A DNA stretch of 64,000 nucleotides from NCBI RefSeq assembly GCF_006345805.1, contig NC_043000.1, forward strand, positions 102,362,001 to 102,426,000, read 5' to 3'. Below the pieces are notes generated by a model. The model had not been told where the DNA came from and searched no databases. It saw only the letters and a program-made list of their open reading frames with translations. This stretch comes from Octopus sinensis (lineage: Eukaryota). A program made the translations under genes and the position numbers. Position 1 is the stretch's first letter, and each line of letters opens with the position of its first letter. Below are positions 49,104-61,570 of the stretch, piece after piece.

Positions 49104-49299
49104 TATACTATACACACACACACACTCATACATACATACAAACATACACATAAATGGAAACGCGTGTGAACGTATGTTATGTATATATATTATGTGTGTA
49201 TATATATATATATATATATACATACATATATATATATCTATATATATATATATAATATATACATACATATATATTACATATATATATGTATATATACGT

Positions 49300-49342
<43 letters not shown>

Positions 49343-49350
49343 TATATATG
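48945..49350. repeat. (TATC)n plus (TA)n/(CA)n compound microsatellite
   Basis: Direct reading. Confidence 0.95.
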
Positions 49351-50944
49351 CAGGCATACATTTTGGTAAATCTGTGTCTATGTATATGTTTACATGCGTG
49401 GATGTTTGCACAAATTGAAAGAAGTCACTGTAAAAGTTCATATTCAATTTTGCTGATAATCCTATAATTCCAGACCCAGATTACGTTACAGATATTGGCT
49501 GTCACTGCAGCATATACTGAAGTTTAATTAAACCTGGCATGAATTAAAAGTGAAGCGAATTTGTTATCATGCACAGTGAACTGTTTTAGCTTCAAAATTT
49601 GTCATTTGCAGATTGCTTTTGTAAATTGATGGCGAAAATTCTCTGATCTGGCTGGTTGGCTGAAGAGAGGTTGAGCTTTAGAAATTTTTACATTTTGTAT
49701 TTGTTGTCCTTGTTTTTGTTATTGTTGTTGTTGTTGTTGCTGTTCGTTCTGTTCATTGAGTCAGTATGGTATAGGGTATAGTTGTGGTAGTGACAGGACG
49801 TTTTAATATTTGAAATTTCCGTTTTGTAAGCATTATTGTTATTCTATTGTTTCCTTTTGTTTTTTGTTGTTGTCTTTTTATCTAATCATGCAAATAGTTT
49901 TAAATGTGACATATGATACATCAAAATTATTCTCAGAAATCAAACTGCCAAGCTTAAAAACAACTGATCCCCTCTCAGACACGCATTCACTTCCGAACTA
50001 GCCAGATAACCTCTCAGAATCACATGTTATGTTGCATTATTTTAGAAAGATATTAGATATTAGCACAAAGAATACTTTACTAGGTGTCAGGAGATTCGCA
50101 CGTATGTTGGATAGTGACACGTCAAATTTATTTCGTTTGCTTTGCAGAATACGTTCCGAGTTTATAAATGTATTGTAAATTTCCATTGAGCTTGAATAAA
50201 TTCTTACTCTGGCTCATGGCCACAAATCTATAAGGGACAGATGCAATCGATTCCGGTTCTTTGTAAATTAGAGCTATTTATGCTATCGTCCCCAAAGAAT
50301 GAATAGTAAAATGGCTTGCGATGGTATTTGAAATCAGAACATAGAGCAATTACTAATTTTCGTTTCTTAACATAAGGTGACGATCATAAATTATAGGGAC
50401 AGGATATAGTCCACTAAACCTCCCCAATAGATTACTGCTACTTTACTTTATCTACAAAGGGAAGAATAAAAGATGACTGCTGCAAGACTTGAACTCAAAA
50501 TTTAACAGAAACCAACTAAATACCACAAGTCGTTCTACCCATCGCTCTACTGATCCTGTCACTACACCTGCTTACAAAACATCCGGTTGGATTTTGACGG
50601 ATGAAATCTCATAACCCTTCTTTTCGTTAGCAATAGCTTCTAACATAGGTGCAAAGCCATAACTTTTCAAGAGGAGGATGGTTAGTTAAATAGACTCCAG
50701 TACTTGATTGGAGTCTTATTTTATTGACCCCTGAAAGAAGTAAAAGCATAGCTGACCTCTGTTGGATTTTAAATCCGCAGTTAAAGGTTGGAACAAATAC
50801 TGCGAGGTATTTTTAGCAACAGTCTAACGATTCTACCAATTCACTACTCCCTTTCATTATTAATAAAAATTAGGGTTTTTAACTAATTCCATCCCAAAGG
50901 TCATGCATTTACAAGGAGTAATATAATAAATAATAAAATAATAA

Positions 50945-51110
50945 AAGTATCAATAACTGGAGTACTTTGTGGGATTAAAAACATAGGCGCAAAAACATAG
51001 AAGCTATACTAGACCTCATAACATTATACACAGTACAAAAAATAATTTTCTTGCGTACAGCCCAGATCCTACACAAAACACACAGCTCAGACAGCACACT
51101 CTTTATATAC
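50945..51110 (+). mobile_element. Decayed R4/Dong-like extreme 3' end
   Basis: ITGVL..IK...VQKIIFLRTAQILHKT resembles IVGALGMIK...IQKIVL.GTAHILRK. Confidence 0.45.
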
Positions 51111-51260
51111 ATTGTCTTAGACAATAACCACCTAATATAATATGACAATCCACACAGCCCATACTTTACATAATCATCTCTCAATAAAATACGACATTTC
51201 ATACTCTATGGAATCACCTCTATGCAATACAACACAACTAATATGGCGCATACTTTACAT

Positions 51261-51440
51261 AATTGGTTTCAAATTTTGGCACAACACCAGCAGTTTTTGC
51301 AGGTGATGGGGTGTTTAAGTGGTACTTATTTCATCGACCCCGGAAGGATGGCAAGCAAAGTCGACCTCAGCAGAATTTGAACTAAGAACGTGAAGACAGA
51401 CGAAATGCCGCTATGCATTTTGCCCAGCGTGCTAACGATT
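51261..51440 (-). mobile_element. S1 SINE
   Basis: ttggtttcaaattttggcacaa ... atcgaccccggaaggatgg.aagcaaagtcgacctc ... gtgctaacgatt. Confidence 0.85.
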
Positions 51441-51487
51441 TTATCACCTAATAATATAATAAATAATATAGACAGATGGACAGATAT

Positions 51488-51683
<196 letters not shown>

Positions 51684-51871
51684 AAATGATTAACGAGTTG
51701 TAAGGACACATCCCATCCAAAGTATCACGTTGTAATTTTAGTAAAGAACTGGAAGATGTCTTTGTTTTTCGATGAATCTGATTCAGCTGCGAAACAATTC
51801 AGAATGGGAAAATAGTGTGGGGAATGATAAAATCATTCTGTATAGTGTTCTAGAAACAGATAACTTGAACA

Positions 51872-52050
51872 GGAATAATATTTTGTACAAAATGCATCTG
51901 GGTTGTGATCATGCTATCACATTACAAACACATTTTCGCGGTAAACGTCATTATGAAAACATTATGAAAACTAACCCCTGTACAATGTCTGACTTCGAAC
52001 ATAATCAGCAAGTCACGGCATGTCGCATCTCATTCAATTACTCTGGTTTC
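51872..52050 (+). pseudogene. Frameshifted U1/matrin-type zinc finger remnant
   Basis: ttt tgt aca aaa tgc (FCTKC, 51881-51895) plus, after a 1-nt shift, HLGCDHAITLQT-H-FRGKR-H gives C-x2-C-x12-H-x5-H; a second partial finger TACRISFN at ~52015. Confidence 0.4.
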
Positions 52051-52689
52051 ATCGGGCGATTAACATTTAATAGGCTAGTTGGCGTTAACAACTTTAACGC
52101 AGGGAATATTAAAAAGCTAACAGGAATAAATTATGTGGTGAGAATAGGAAACAATTTTGATCAAATATTATTTTAATTATATCTGCAAGCACGGAAGACA
52201 ATTCCGGACATATTTGGTCTTATTATATGACCTCGTCATTAAAAAGAGTATTAGTCTTTGACAAATAGTTTTTCCTCAACGTATAATTAGTCCTAATCTG
52301 ATATTTAACGATACATCCTGCATTAAATATGTTAACACTAATTTAACTACGGTTTTTCGTGCAAATGGCCTCTCCGAGTTATTCATTCTTTAAATAGTTT
52401 TATTTTTCTGCGTCATCTGAATATTGTACATTTATTTAGTGATTCATCTCTGATGTTTCAAACGGTTTGCCAGGATCATAATATAAGCAAAACTTATCTA
52501 GAGTTATTTCCTTTACATGCCGAAATAATTCTTTTTAACTTTGGCACAAGGCCAACAATTTTTAGAGGAGGGACAAATTAATTCATTGACCTCTGTAGTT
52601 GACTGATATTTATTTTATCGGGTTCGAAAGGATGAAAAGGTAAGTCGACTTAACGGAATTTCAACTCAGAAGTTAAAGAGCCGACATAA

Positions 52690-53257
52690 TGGTTTTAAAT
52701 TTTGGCTCATGGCTAACAATTGTAAGGAATTGGGTAAGACGAACACATCGACCCCAGTATTCATATGGTACTTATTTTAATCGTTTGAAATCAAGCGGTA
52801 GAACCAGAAGAAATGCCACTAAGCACTTTGTCTGGCGTGCTAACGATTCTTATTTCTTTATTGCCCACAAGGGGCTAATCATAGAGGGGACAAACAAAGG
52901 GATTAAGTCGATTACATCGACCCCAGTGCGTAACTGGTGCTTAATTTATCGACCCCGAAAGGGTGAAAGGCAAAGTCGACCTCGGCAGAATTTGAACTCA
53001 GAACGTAGCGGCAGACGAAATACCTATTTCTTTACTACCCACAAGGGGCTAAACACAGAGAGGACAAACAAGGACAGACAGACGGATTAAGTCGATTAGA
53101 TCGACCCCAGTGCGTAACTGGTACTTATTCAATCGACCCCGAAAGGATGAAAGGCAAAGTCGACCTCGGCAGAATTTGAACTCAGAACGTAGCGACAGAC
53201 GAAATACCACAAAGCATTTCGCCCGGCCTGCTAAAGTTTCTGCCAGCTCGCCGCCTT
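52690..53257 (-). mobile_element. Three-unit S1 array with two Tx1-like tails
   Basis: Tails at 52851-52903 and 53025-53087; same architecture as 32697-33226. Confidence 0.9.
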
Positions 53258-53274
53258 AAAAATATGTTAATATT

Positions 53275-53490
53275 GGCGGCGAGCTAGCAGAATCGTTAGC
53301 ACGCCGGAAAAATGCTTAGCCGCATTTCGTTCATCTTTACATTCTCAGTTCAAATCCCGCTGAGGTTGACTGTGCCCCTCGTCCTTTCGGGGTCGGTAAA
53401 GTGAGTAGCAGTGGAATCACTGGGATCGATGTAATCAGCTTAGCCCCTCCCTCGAAACTTCTGGCCTTGCACCAAAATTTGAAACTAATA
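53275..53490 (+). mobile_element. S1 SINE, head-to-head with the preceding array
   Basis: ggcggcgagctagcagaatcgttagcacgcc ... ggccttgcaccaaaatttgaaactaatatt; 17-bp spacer. Confidence 0.9.
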
Positions 53491-54109
53491 TTATCTATTT
53501 GTGTGTGGGTTTGTTTGTGTGTGTGTGTGTGTGTTTGCATGCGTGCGTGCGAATGGTGTATCTAGGTTAATCATTTTAATATACATTTTAGTCGAATTTT
53601 ACCATAAAGAACAAATATTTAGACTTGCAATCCTAACAATATAGATATTATTTGTTTCTTGTTGATTAGTAACGGAAGAAGATGTTATGACGTTCATACC
53701 AATGGCATTGTGTAAGTGCGGTAAAAAGAAACGACTTCAAATGAAGCGGAAATAAACTATACGAACGCATCTTCCCGGGAGATGAATACTAGTGATTTCG
53801 GCCTTCGTTACATTTATATTTAACCTACTACGTCGTTACGTAAAATAGGTAAGCCTCCACATGGTCGTTCGACTTGCTAGAAACATCAACTAAATACCCA
53901 TTAATTTGCACACTACTGTCTTAATCCCTTGCCTGTCCTGTGTATCACATGTGACACACCGGACATATTTTCCTGGCATCCGTGCCATGCATTCCCTTTT
54001 TCTTTTTTTTTTTTTTTTCAACCACTAGGGTAACTTGAGACATATGAAAGATTTTTATATGAATCAAAACGTATGAAATAAGGGCTAACTTAAAGCTTGA
54101 AAACATGCA

Positions 54110-54290
54110 TGGTGGAAACTTAGGACAAACTTACGAAAATGCTTTGGACAGACGAAGGGTTAAAATAAGGAAAGCCTGCATAGGTTGGCGTAGCCTTACA
54201 AACATTGCTTATACAAAAAACATGAGTGGGGAATGTCGGAATTATAGCGGCAATGTTTTTGAATATAGTTCTCGATGAGCACTGACATGT
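54110..54290 (+). mobile_element. Decayed RTE-like RT remnant
   Basis: RRRVKIRKACIGWRSLTNI...K.MS resembles the RTE post-YLG region (RI..AW..FR.L). Confidence 0.35.
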
Positions 54291-54314
54291 GCTAAGCAAC
54301 AACAAGACACGTTA

Positions 54315-54535
54315 TACAAGTGTGTGCTAAAAAGTTCCCGGCTTTGGGTTAAAGAAAATATAAGAGGATCAGTTAATTATGATTTTATTTATTATATTCC
54401 TCTCTCAGATTCACACACTTATTTCAACGGTCGTTCAGTTTTTCTAGGCTCTTTATAAGAACTCGAAAGTCCGGACCTTCAACCTGGCCATTCACGATGT
54501 CTATAAAGCTAGGAACTTTTCAAACACTCCTCGTA
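54315..54535. mobile_element. Mariner-type MITE (~220 bp)
   Basis: Terminal inverted repeats tacaagtgtgtgctaaaaagttcc / ggaacttttcaaacactcctcgta; TA termini. Confidence 0.75.
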
Positions 54536-54968
54536 TTTACATTTCAATCAATTGGTTAGAAATTATCATATTTTCTATGGCAGAACCATCAGAGTGAAAA
54601 CGTTTTAAAGATGGCATTCAAAAGGCCACCGAGGTTCGACGTACGATATATTTTCAAGTATTCACGAACAATAAATGAGATTTTCCAATTCATGAAGGCT
54701 ACAAAATGACTCAATGACAGAAACATTTATTTTGCTCTTTCTCTACTTTCTTTTTTCTTATTTTTAGGTCCTTGATTTTGTTTTTATTTTCGTTTATATT
54801 ATCCAGTGCGTATTTATATACTCCTCTCAGCCTGTCATGGCTTAACAGCTTTACATAGATGTTTAGATTAAGTAAATAAATGGCAAACATTACATTCAAG
54901 CAGCAGCACGCCTTTACATACATATAGATATATGCCTGTGTGTGTGCGCGCGCGCGTGTGTCTGTATA

Positions 54969-55140
54969 TTCGAGGGGCTACTGAAAAGTTCTTGGCTTTA
55001 AGGGTATCGTGAAAGGCTTGGTTGGAGGCCCAACCTTCCGAGTTCTTTTAAAAGGCTTAGAAAAACTGAAAGACGGCTGCAATAAGGGGAATATGTTGAA
55101 TAAAATCATAATTAACTGATCTTCCAGTATTTTCTTTTTC
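54969..55140 (-). mobile_element. Mariner-type MITE truncated by an S2 SINE (55145-55320)
   Basis: cgaggggctactgaaaagttcttggctttaagggtatcgtgaa...; opposite orientation to the 56730 copy. Confidence 0.75.
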
Positions 55141-56258
55141 ACAAATATATGGGTATAGTTGTGTGGGTAAGAAATTCGCTTTCCAATCTCATGGTTCCAA
55201 GTTCAGTCCCACTGCGTGGTACACTGAGCAAGTACCCTCTACAAAAGCCTTCGGCCAACCTAAGTTTTCTTAAAGGATTTAGTAGACCGAAGCCGAAAAA
55301 ACACCGTCGTGTGTCTGTGTGTGTGTGTGAGATAGGAAAACTCAAGGGTAACGTTGTGTTTACGAGCGGAATTAACAAATTCATAGCTTAGTTAGAGGGC
55401 GCAAGGTTAGCCTATTTTTAGGCTCTCCAAGTCTAGTTGAGGAAAGGGAGATGATCTCTTCATATCCCCAGACCGGAGATCCAACCCAACAAATACTTCA
55501 TGAAAAATGGCTTCCCGCTCAAAGTACCCAAGAGTGAATCAGATGGTGGCATTCGTTGAAATGGACTACCGACTGAGCCTACCATTACTCGAAAACAGAG
55601 ACGATGGGTTTTTTTATGGAAAAGAGAGAGAAGAGGAGAGAAAGAAAGAGAAAGAGAAAGCACTTTACCGGCTACCAAATTTCACATACATTGAGTTGAT
55701 CTATGTCTTTAGCAGAAGCCAGTTACCCAGGTGTCGCAGAGTAAGACCCTTCTAGAACCCTCGTACTTGTAAAGAGAATTTCTTAATTACAGAGCTACGC
55801 CTACATCTATATACTCTGGTCATACGCAGTTCAAAAGTTCAAATCCGTTCACACTCTAAAATAATACAAAATGGTGTTCAATGTGAAAGATCTACATTGA
55901 TTTTTAATGTCATTAAATACAATTTATTGCTGGTGACCGATAAGGTCAAATCAGACTATGAACTAAGTTTCTGTCATTAGCTAACAACGTCATTTAGTTT
56001 GTAGAGCGTACCCTCATTCATACGTACATACATACGTACATACATGTATACATACACACAAACACACACATACATACGTACGATACTACATATAATATAT
56101 ATACATTTATATATATATATATTATATATATATATATACTTATATATACATATGCGTGTGGCGTGTGTGTTTCTATACATATATATATATACATATATAT
56201 CCATGTATACTTTCATATATACTTACATGTATATATATACACCCATATATATGTATCC

Positions 56259-56333
<75 letters not shown>

Positions 56334-56729
56334 AGTGTGTGTGTGTTTGTGTGTGTGTGTGTCTGTGTGTATGTATATGTATATGTATGCATATATATAT
56401 ATATATATAATGTATATATATATATATACATACACATATATATATATATATATATATTAGCTGTTATTCACGAGGAGAAAGACGTGTTGTCTTCAACTGA
56501 CTTAGTTTTGCTTTCTTTATTCTCTTTCCTCTTCTTTATATAAATGTCTAACAAAGTAGTCTGGCAATGTACATTTATTGTGAAGTTTATCCAACTACAT
56601 CGCATTTTATGTGTCAGTGAATGATCAGTATTAATCAGATATCTCTGGTTCTCTGGTATGTTGTATACATACATATATATATATATGATAATAACATACA
56701 AAGTTATATATGTGGGAGAGGTGTCTATG

Positions 56730-56914
56730 TACGAGGGGGTGGCGAAAAGTTCCTGGCTTTGGATAAAAGAAAATTCAAGAGAATCAGTTAATTATGATTT
56801 TATTCAACATATTCCCCTCTCAGATTCACACAATTATTTGCGGCAGTCCTTCAGTTTTTCTAAACAAACTTCACGATACCCTTAAAGCCAAGACCTTTTC
56901 AGCACCCTCTCTTA
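56730..56914. mobile_element. Mariner-type MITE
   Basis: TIRs tacgagggggtggcgaaaagttcctggcttt / aaagccaagaccttttcagcaccctctctta. Confidence 0.8.
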
Positions 56915-59101
56915 TATATGCATATGTGTTCGTGTGTGTGTGTGTGTGTGTGTGGATTACTACGTACAAAGATCTGTATGTATTTTGTGTGTTGCCATTG
57001 GTGGATCTCTAGTTCTAGTCAGTGCATGCATATAGGTGACAAAAAGTTCCGAAATTTTAATCTCCCACTATTTTGCGAGCTGCCTTGATTGATGAAGTCT
57101 AGGAAATGAAAACCTCCGCTCGGTGTAGCCATCAATCATTTTGATTTCTCTTGACACCGAATCACAGTAGCTGATATTTCGAAAATGATATTTGTGCAAA
57201 CGTCTGCCATCATATTCTCTTTAAGGTACAGATACTTTCAAATACTATAGTACATTATGACTCTCGTAAATATTACTATTCGATATCGAAATATTTTATG
57301 AGAAATATTAAAATCTCTATGAGGTACAAATGATACTTTCCAGCACCATTATGTCTCTTATAACTAGTACAATCCGACATTGAAGTATTTTACGAGGAAT
57401 AGAACAAAACAGCCAGTTTTATTCATTCTGGTTTCTCAAAGGGCTTTGGTGATGGGTGCGTGACGATGGATGCAGGCTTTGACGAGTTGGAAGCATAGTC
57501 ATAAAACTGAATTTTAAATCTCTGTAGGGGATTTATCTTAACGAGGAATCTTTTCGACCTTAGCAGTTAGAAGAATTGGGTGTAATGCCTTGTGACAGAG
57601 CAGTTTTATTTACGGAGGATACAGCTCATCCAGTTACAGGGAAGAGATTAGAAATTTTATCGCAAACAATGTCTGTTTCACAATTTGGGCAGTTTACCGC
57701 CACTAACGAATATTCATTTCAGCGGGAGCAACAAATGTAAAAACGGAAATGTAATCTATAAAATGTTTAAATGTACACAGGTGTGTGGGGGGGGGTAAGG
57801 CGATAGTGAGAGATATGAAAACTCAAGGGTAACGTTGTCATTAAAAGCAGAATTAACAAATTCATAGATTAATTAGAAGGAGCAAGATTAGCCCTCTGAG
57901 TGTGCAGGTAGAGTATGTGAACTCTGCTGAATTATTTAAAAACCGATAGAGCTTCTCTTGTTGCAACTAAACTTTATCAATATTGCAGCCCTTTCAGAGA
58001 CGCATTTGTCAGAGAAAGGTTAGCTAAAAATGAGTTATGGCTACAGTTTTAGCATTTTTCCTTGTAAGTTACCACACAGCCATGCATTGGCTGTCTGTTC
58101 TCTAGATCCCTCCTTTCTATAATATACAGTGACCAGGGCAATCAAGATTAGAGAAAGAAACAAACAAAAAGGAAAAATAAATAACGATAAACACATTGAT
58201 ATCACTATATTTTAAAAAATGCTAGTGGAGCCTCGTCGTAGGATAAATACACCAACCAAACCTTAAGCACAACCACTTTGTATTGCTATTGCTATTGTTA
58301 TTTGAGAATACAAAATATATAGTTCGGCGAGCTGCTTACTTGAGGTTGTTTGATAGAAAAATACAAAAGAAAAGATGATATCTAAGGAGATCGATGTAAA
58401 TCTTGTACCCAAAACACACTTTGCAGTTTTATACCTCTTGTTATTATACCAACCTGCCGAGATCAAACTATGGCTCAACTTGAATTTTGAAAAAAGAAAT
58501 GTAGGTCTATAGTTCATGAACTAAGATGATCAGAGTCAAGTTTGTGATGTTTCCTAAATCCATACATTGAATACATGTAACGCTTAATTGCCTGGAAGTT
58601 GTTTGCAATCCGTCTTCTCAACTGGAAGACGTTAAATCACATTTCCATTGGGACATTCAGGAACCTTTCTGCTTTATCAGTCTACATGGTGTTGTTTCTT
58701 TCATGTCATTAGTATGAGGGAAAATTATCGAGACATTTTTCAATAAACTATCGACAGATAGATGACCGTAAGGGAGCATATAATTTCCGCTCTATTTATT
58801 ATGTGCTGTCTCAGCTCTGGTAGGCCTTTCTGTCTCCCATGTCAACTTACTGACGCTCTGATTCTAACAAATATAACGAAACACAAGTGATAGATTGGGA
58901 ATTCATTGAAAATCCCACAGTAGTGTGACGAAAGTTTTATATCAGACTAATCAATAATTGAATAATTGATAAGTTAACAATAAAAATGAGCTAAACGACA
59001 ATCAATAACTCTGTTTATCGGCAAAATCATCAATAGCAAAGTACAACTCTATATGTGTGTATGTGTCTATCTAGGTATGAATGTGCGTATTTATACATAT
59101 A

Positions 59102-59486
59102 CTAGCAGTATCGCCCGGCGTTGCTCGGGTTTGTAAGGGAAATAACTATAAAGCATTTTTAGAGAGTCATAGCCAAAAAATAGCCAAAAAATGGGAAACA
59201 AAATGATGGTAAATTTTTTTTGATAGTTAAAAAGGTCGAGTTGCGTCCCCTAGACCATCTGTGGTTTGTGTTTCTGATTGTCGACCCCATGTCGAATTTA
59301 TCGATCTTTTTCAGAACTGGGGGAACTTTTCAAAATTTTCGCTGCGTTAGTTTTGAATTATGACATTGGGCTATGTGTGTGTCAAGTTTCATCAGAATCG
59401 GTTGAAAGCCGTGGTCAGAGTGAGGGTACAACCAAACAGACACACAGACACACACACAGACAAACTGCCGTTTATATAGAGAGAGA
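59102..59486 (-). mobile_element. Non-autonomous Helitron, 385 bp
   Basis: Minus strand A|TCTCTCTCTATATA ... cccgagcaacgccggg (hairpin) cgatactgCTAG|T; 3' end shared with 6110-6915. Confidence 0.85.
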
Positions 59487-59531
59487 TGTATTTATGCCTG
59501 TCTGTCTGTCTATCTGTGTGTGTGTGTGCGC

Positions 59532-59568
<37 letters not shown>

Positions 59569-59647
59569 GGTGATGCTCCTTAGGGATGAAACAAAACGAA
59601 TGAATGAACAAACTACATAAAGTAGTATTGCCATATTTGGTAAGAGT

Positions 59648-59679
<32 letters not shown>

Positions 59680-59991
59680 TAACTGTTTCACTCTGTATTA
59701 CTTGAAGTTTCCTGGGTGTGTAGGGGGCTCTCTTCTCATCAGATGTTTAGGGAGAAACTGAAAGGCTTGACAGAAATTCAAGACGGCTTCTAAGTATTTA
59801 GGCTTTTATCAGTCAGCTCAAATCTTCCACTCTGCCTCCTAAGACGTGGTGACATGGACATGTCCTGCGCACTCACGAAACTTTATGTAAAGCCGAGTCA
59901 ACCTGTTATTTAAGCAATATAATTACATACATGCGCACACATACATACAGACCGACGGACAAAGATACAAACAGATAAATAGCTAGCTAAC

Positions 59992-59992
<1 letters not shown>

Positions 59993-60079
<87 letters not shown>

Positions 60080-60096
60080 GAGATAGATAGATAGAT
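59993..60096. repeat. (GATA)n
   Basis: Direct reading. Confidence 0.95.
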
Positions 60097-60381
60097 GCAT
60101 ATATATATATATTGTTATGGAATAATTACTATGAAGCTTTGTGTAGAATGTATTGTATAAAGATCGTAGGTAAGGCCAAAACAATGCGAAGTAAAAGCAA
60201 GAAAACAAATATGTGAATTAATGTAGACTTACCTTGTATTCAATATTTCGGTGTAATGACCCCATTTTCAAGAAATTGACGAATGTTGCCGATGTGTGTG
60301 TATGTGTGTGAGCGTGTGTGGAGTGGACATCGGCAACATTGAATATGATTGTAAATATATAATATAATATAATCATATATA

Positions 60382-60449
<68 letters not shown>

Positions 60450-60879
60450 GTATGTACATATATATATATACAGAGAGGGAGAGAGAGGTACATACTTACA
60501 TATATGCATACATATACACCTATACAAGCAGATACACATACATATATAAGATACATATAAAATAAGAATAACTCTTTTTTCTCATAACACGTAATTTTAA
60601 CTGTTACAAATATTTGTGAAAAATAACATCGCTGAAATTATTAAATTTTTGTTTAGTCATCATTGTGTGTGGAAAATGTATTTAGTATAAAAATATATTT
60701 TTCCTATCCTCTTCTAGCGTGTGACATTGTGAGCTTGTGTGTGTGACTATTAGTGTGCGTGCGCGTACGATTCTGTATTTTAAAAGCATTTGAAAGGAAT
60801 CTTCTCAGAATAGACATTTAAGTTATATTTTATTGTTGTTTGACTGTGTCTACGTCCATACATACAGACAGACATAAAA

Positions 60880-61026
60880 ACACGCATACACACACATATG
60901 TGTATGTTTATATATGTGTGTGTATGCGTGTGTGTTTGCATGTATGTATGAATGTATATATCTGTGTATTTTATATATATGTATACATATATATATACAT
61001 ATATATATACAAATTTATTATTATTA

Positions 61027-61084
<58 letters not shown>

Positions 61085-61178
61085 ATACACACACATACAC
61101 AAATATATATATGTATATATATATGTGAGTGTGTGTGCGTGTATATTAATAAAAACAATAATAATAATAATAATAATA

Positions 61179-61213
<35 letters not shown>

Positions 61214-61217
61214 CGTA

Positions 61218-61273
<56 letters not shown>

Positions 61274-61392
61274 TATAATGATATATTATGATAATATATA
61301 TACTCTTACAAAACATTCTGGTTTGTTTATAAATATTATATACATATATATATGTATATGTATGTATATGTATGTATATGTATATATACATG

Positions 61393-61453
<61 letters not shown>

Positions 61454-61570
61454 ATATATATGTATCCATATACATGTACATAATATATATATGTATATGT
61501 GTGTGTGTATTTATATATGAATATATACACAAACATGTATATACGCAGGTATATATGTATATGTATGCGT
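60880..61570. repeat. Compound (TA)/(TG)/(ATT)/(AAT) microsatellite field
   Basis: Direct reading; explains the 226-aa and 172-aa ORFs. Confidence 0.95.

Noticed and set aside
54120-54305. Minus-strand exon candidate ending in GTAAGT
   Set aside because: The plus strand reads better as a decayed RTE RT fragment.
58852-58864. 13-nt microexon candidate (ttgttAG|aatcagagcgtca|GTAAGT, minus)
   Set aside because: Too short to evaluate and not a multiple of three; no corroboration.
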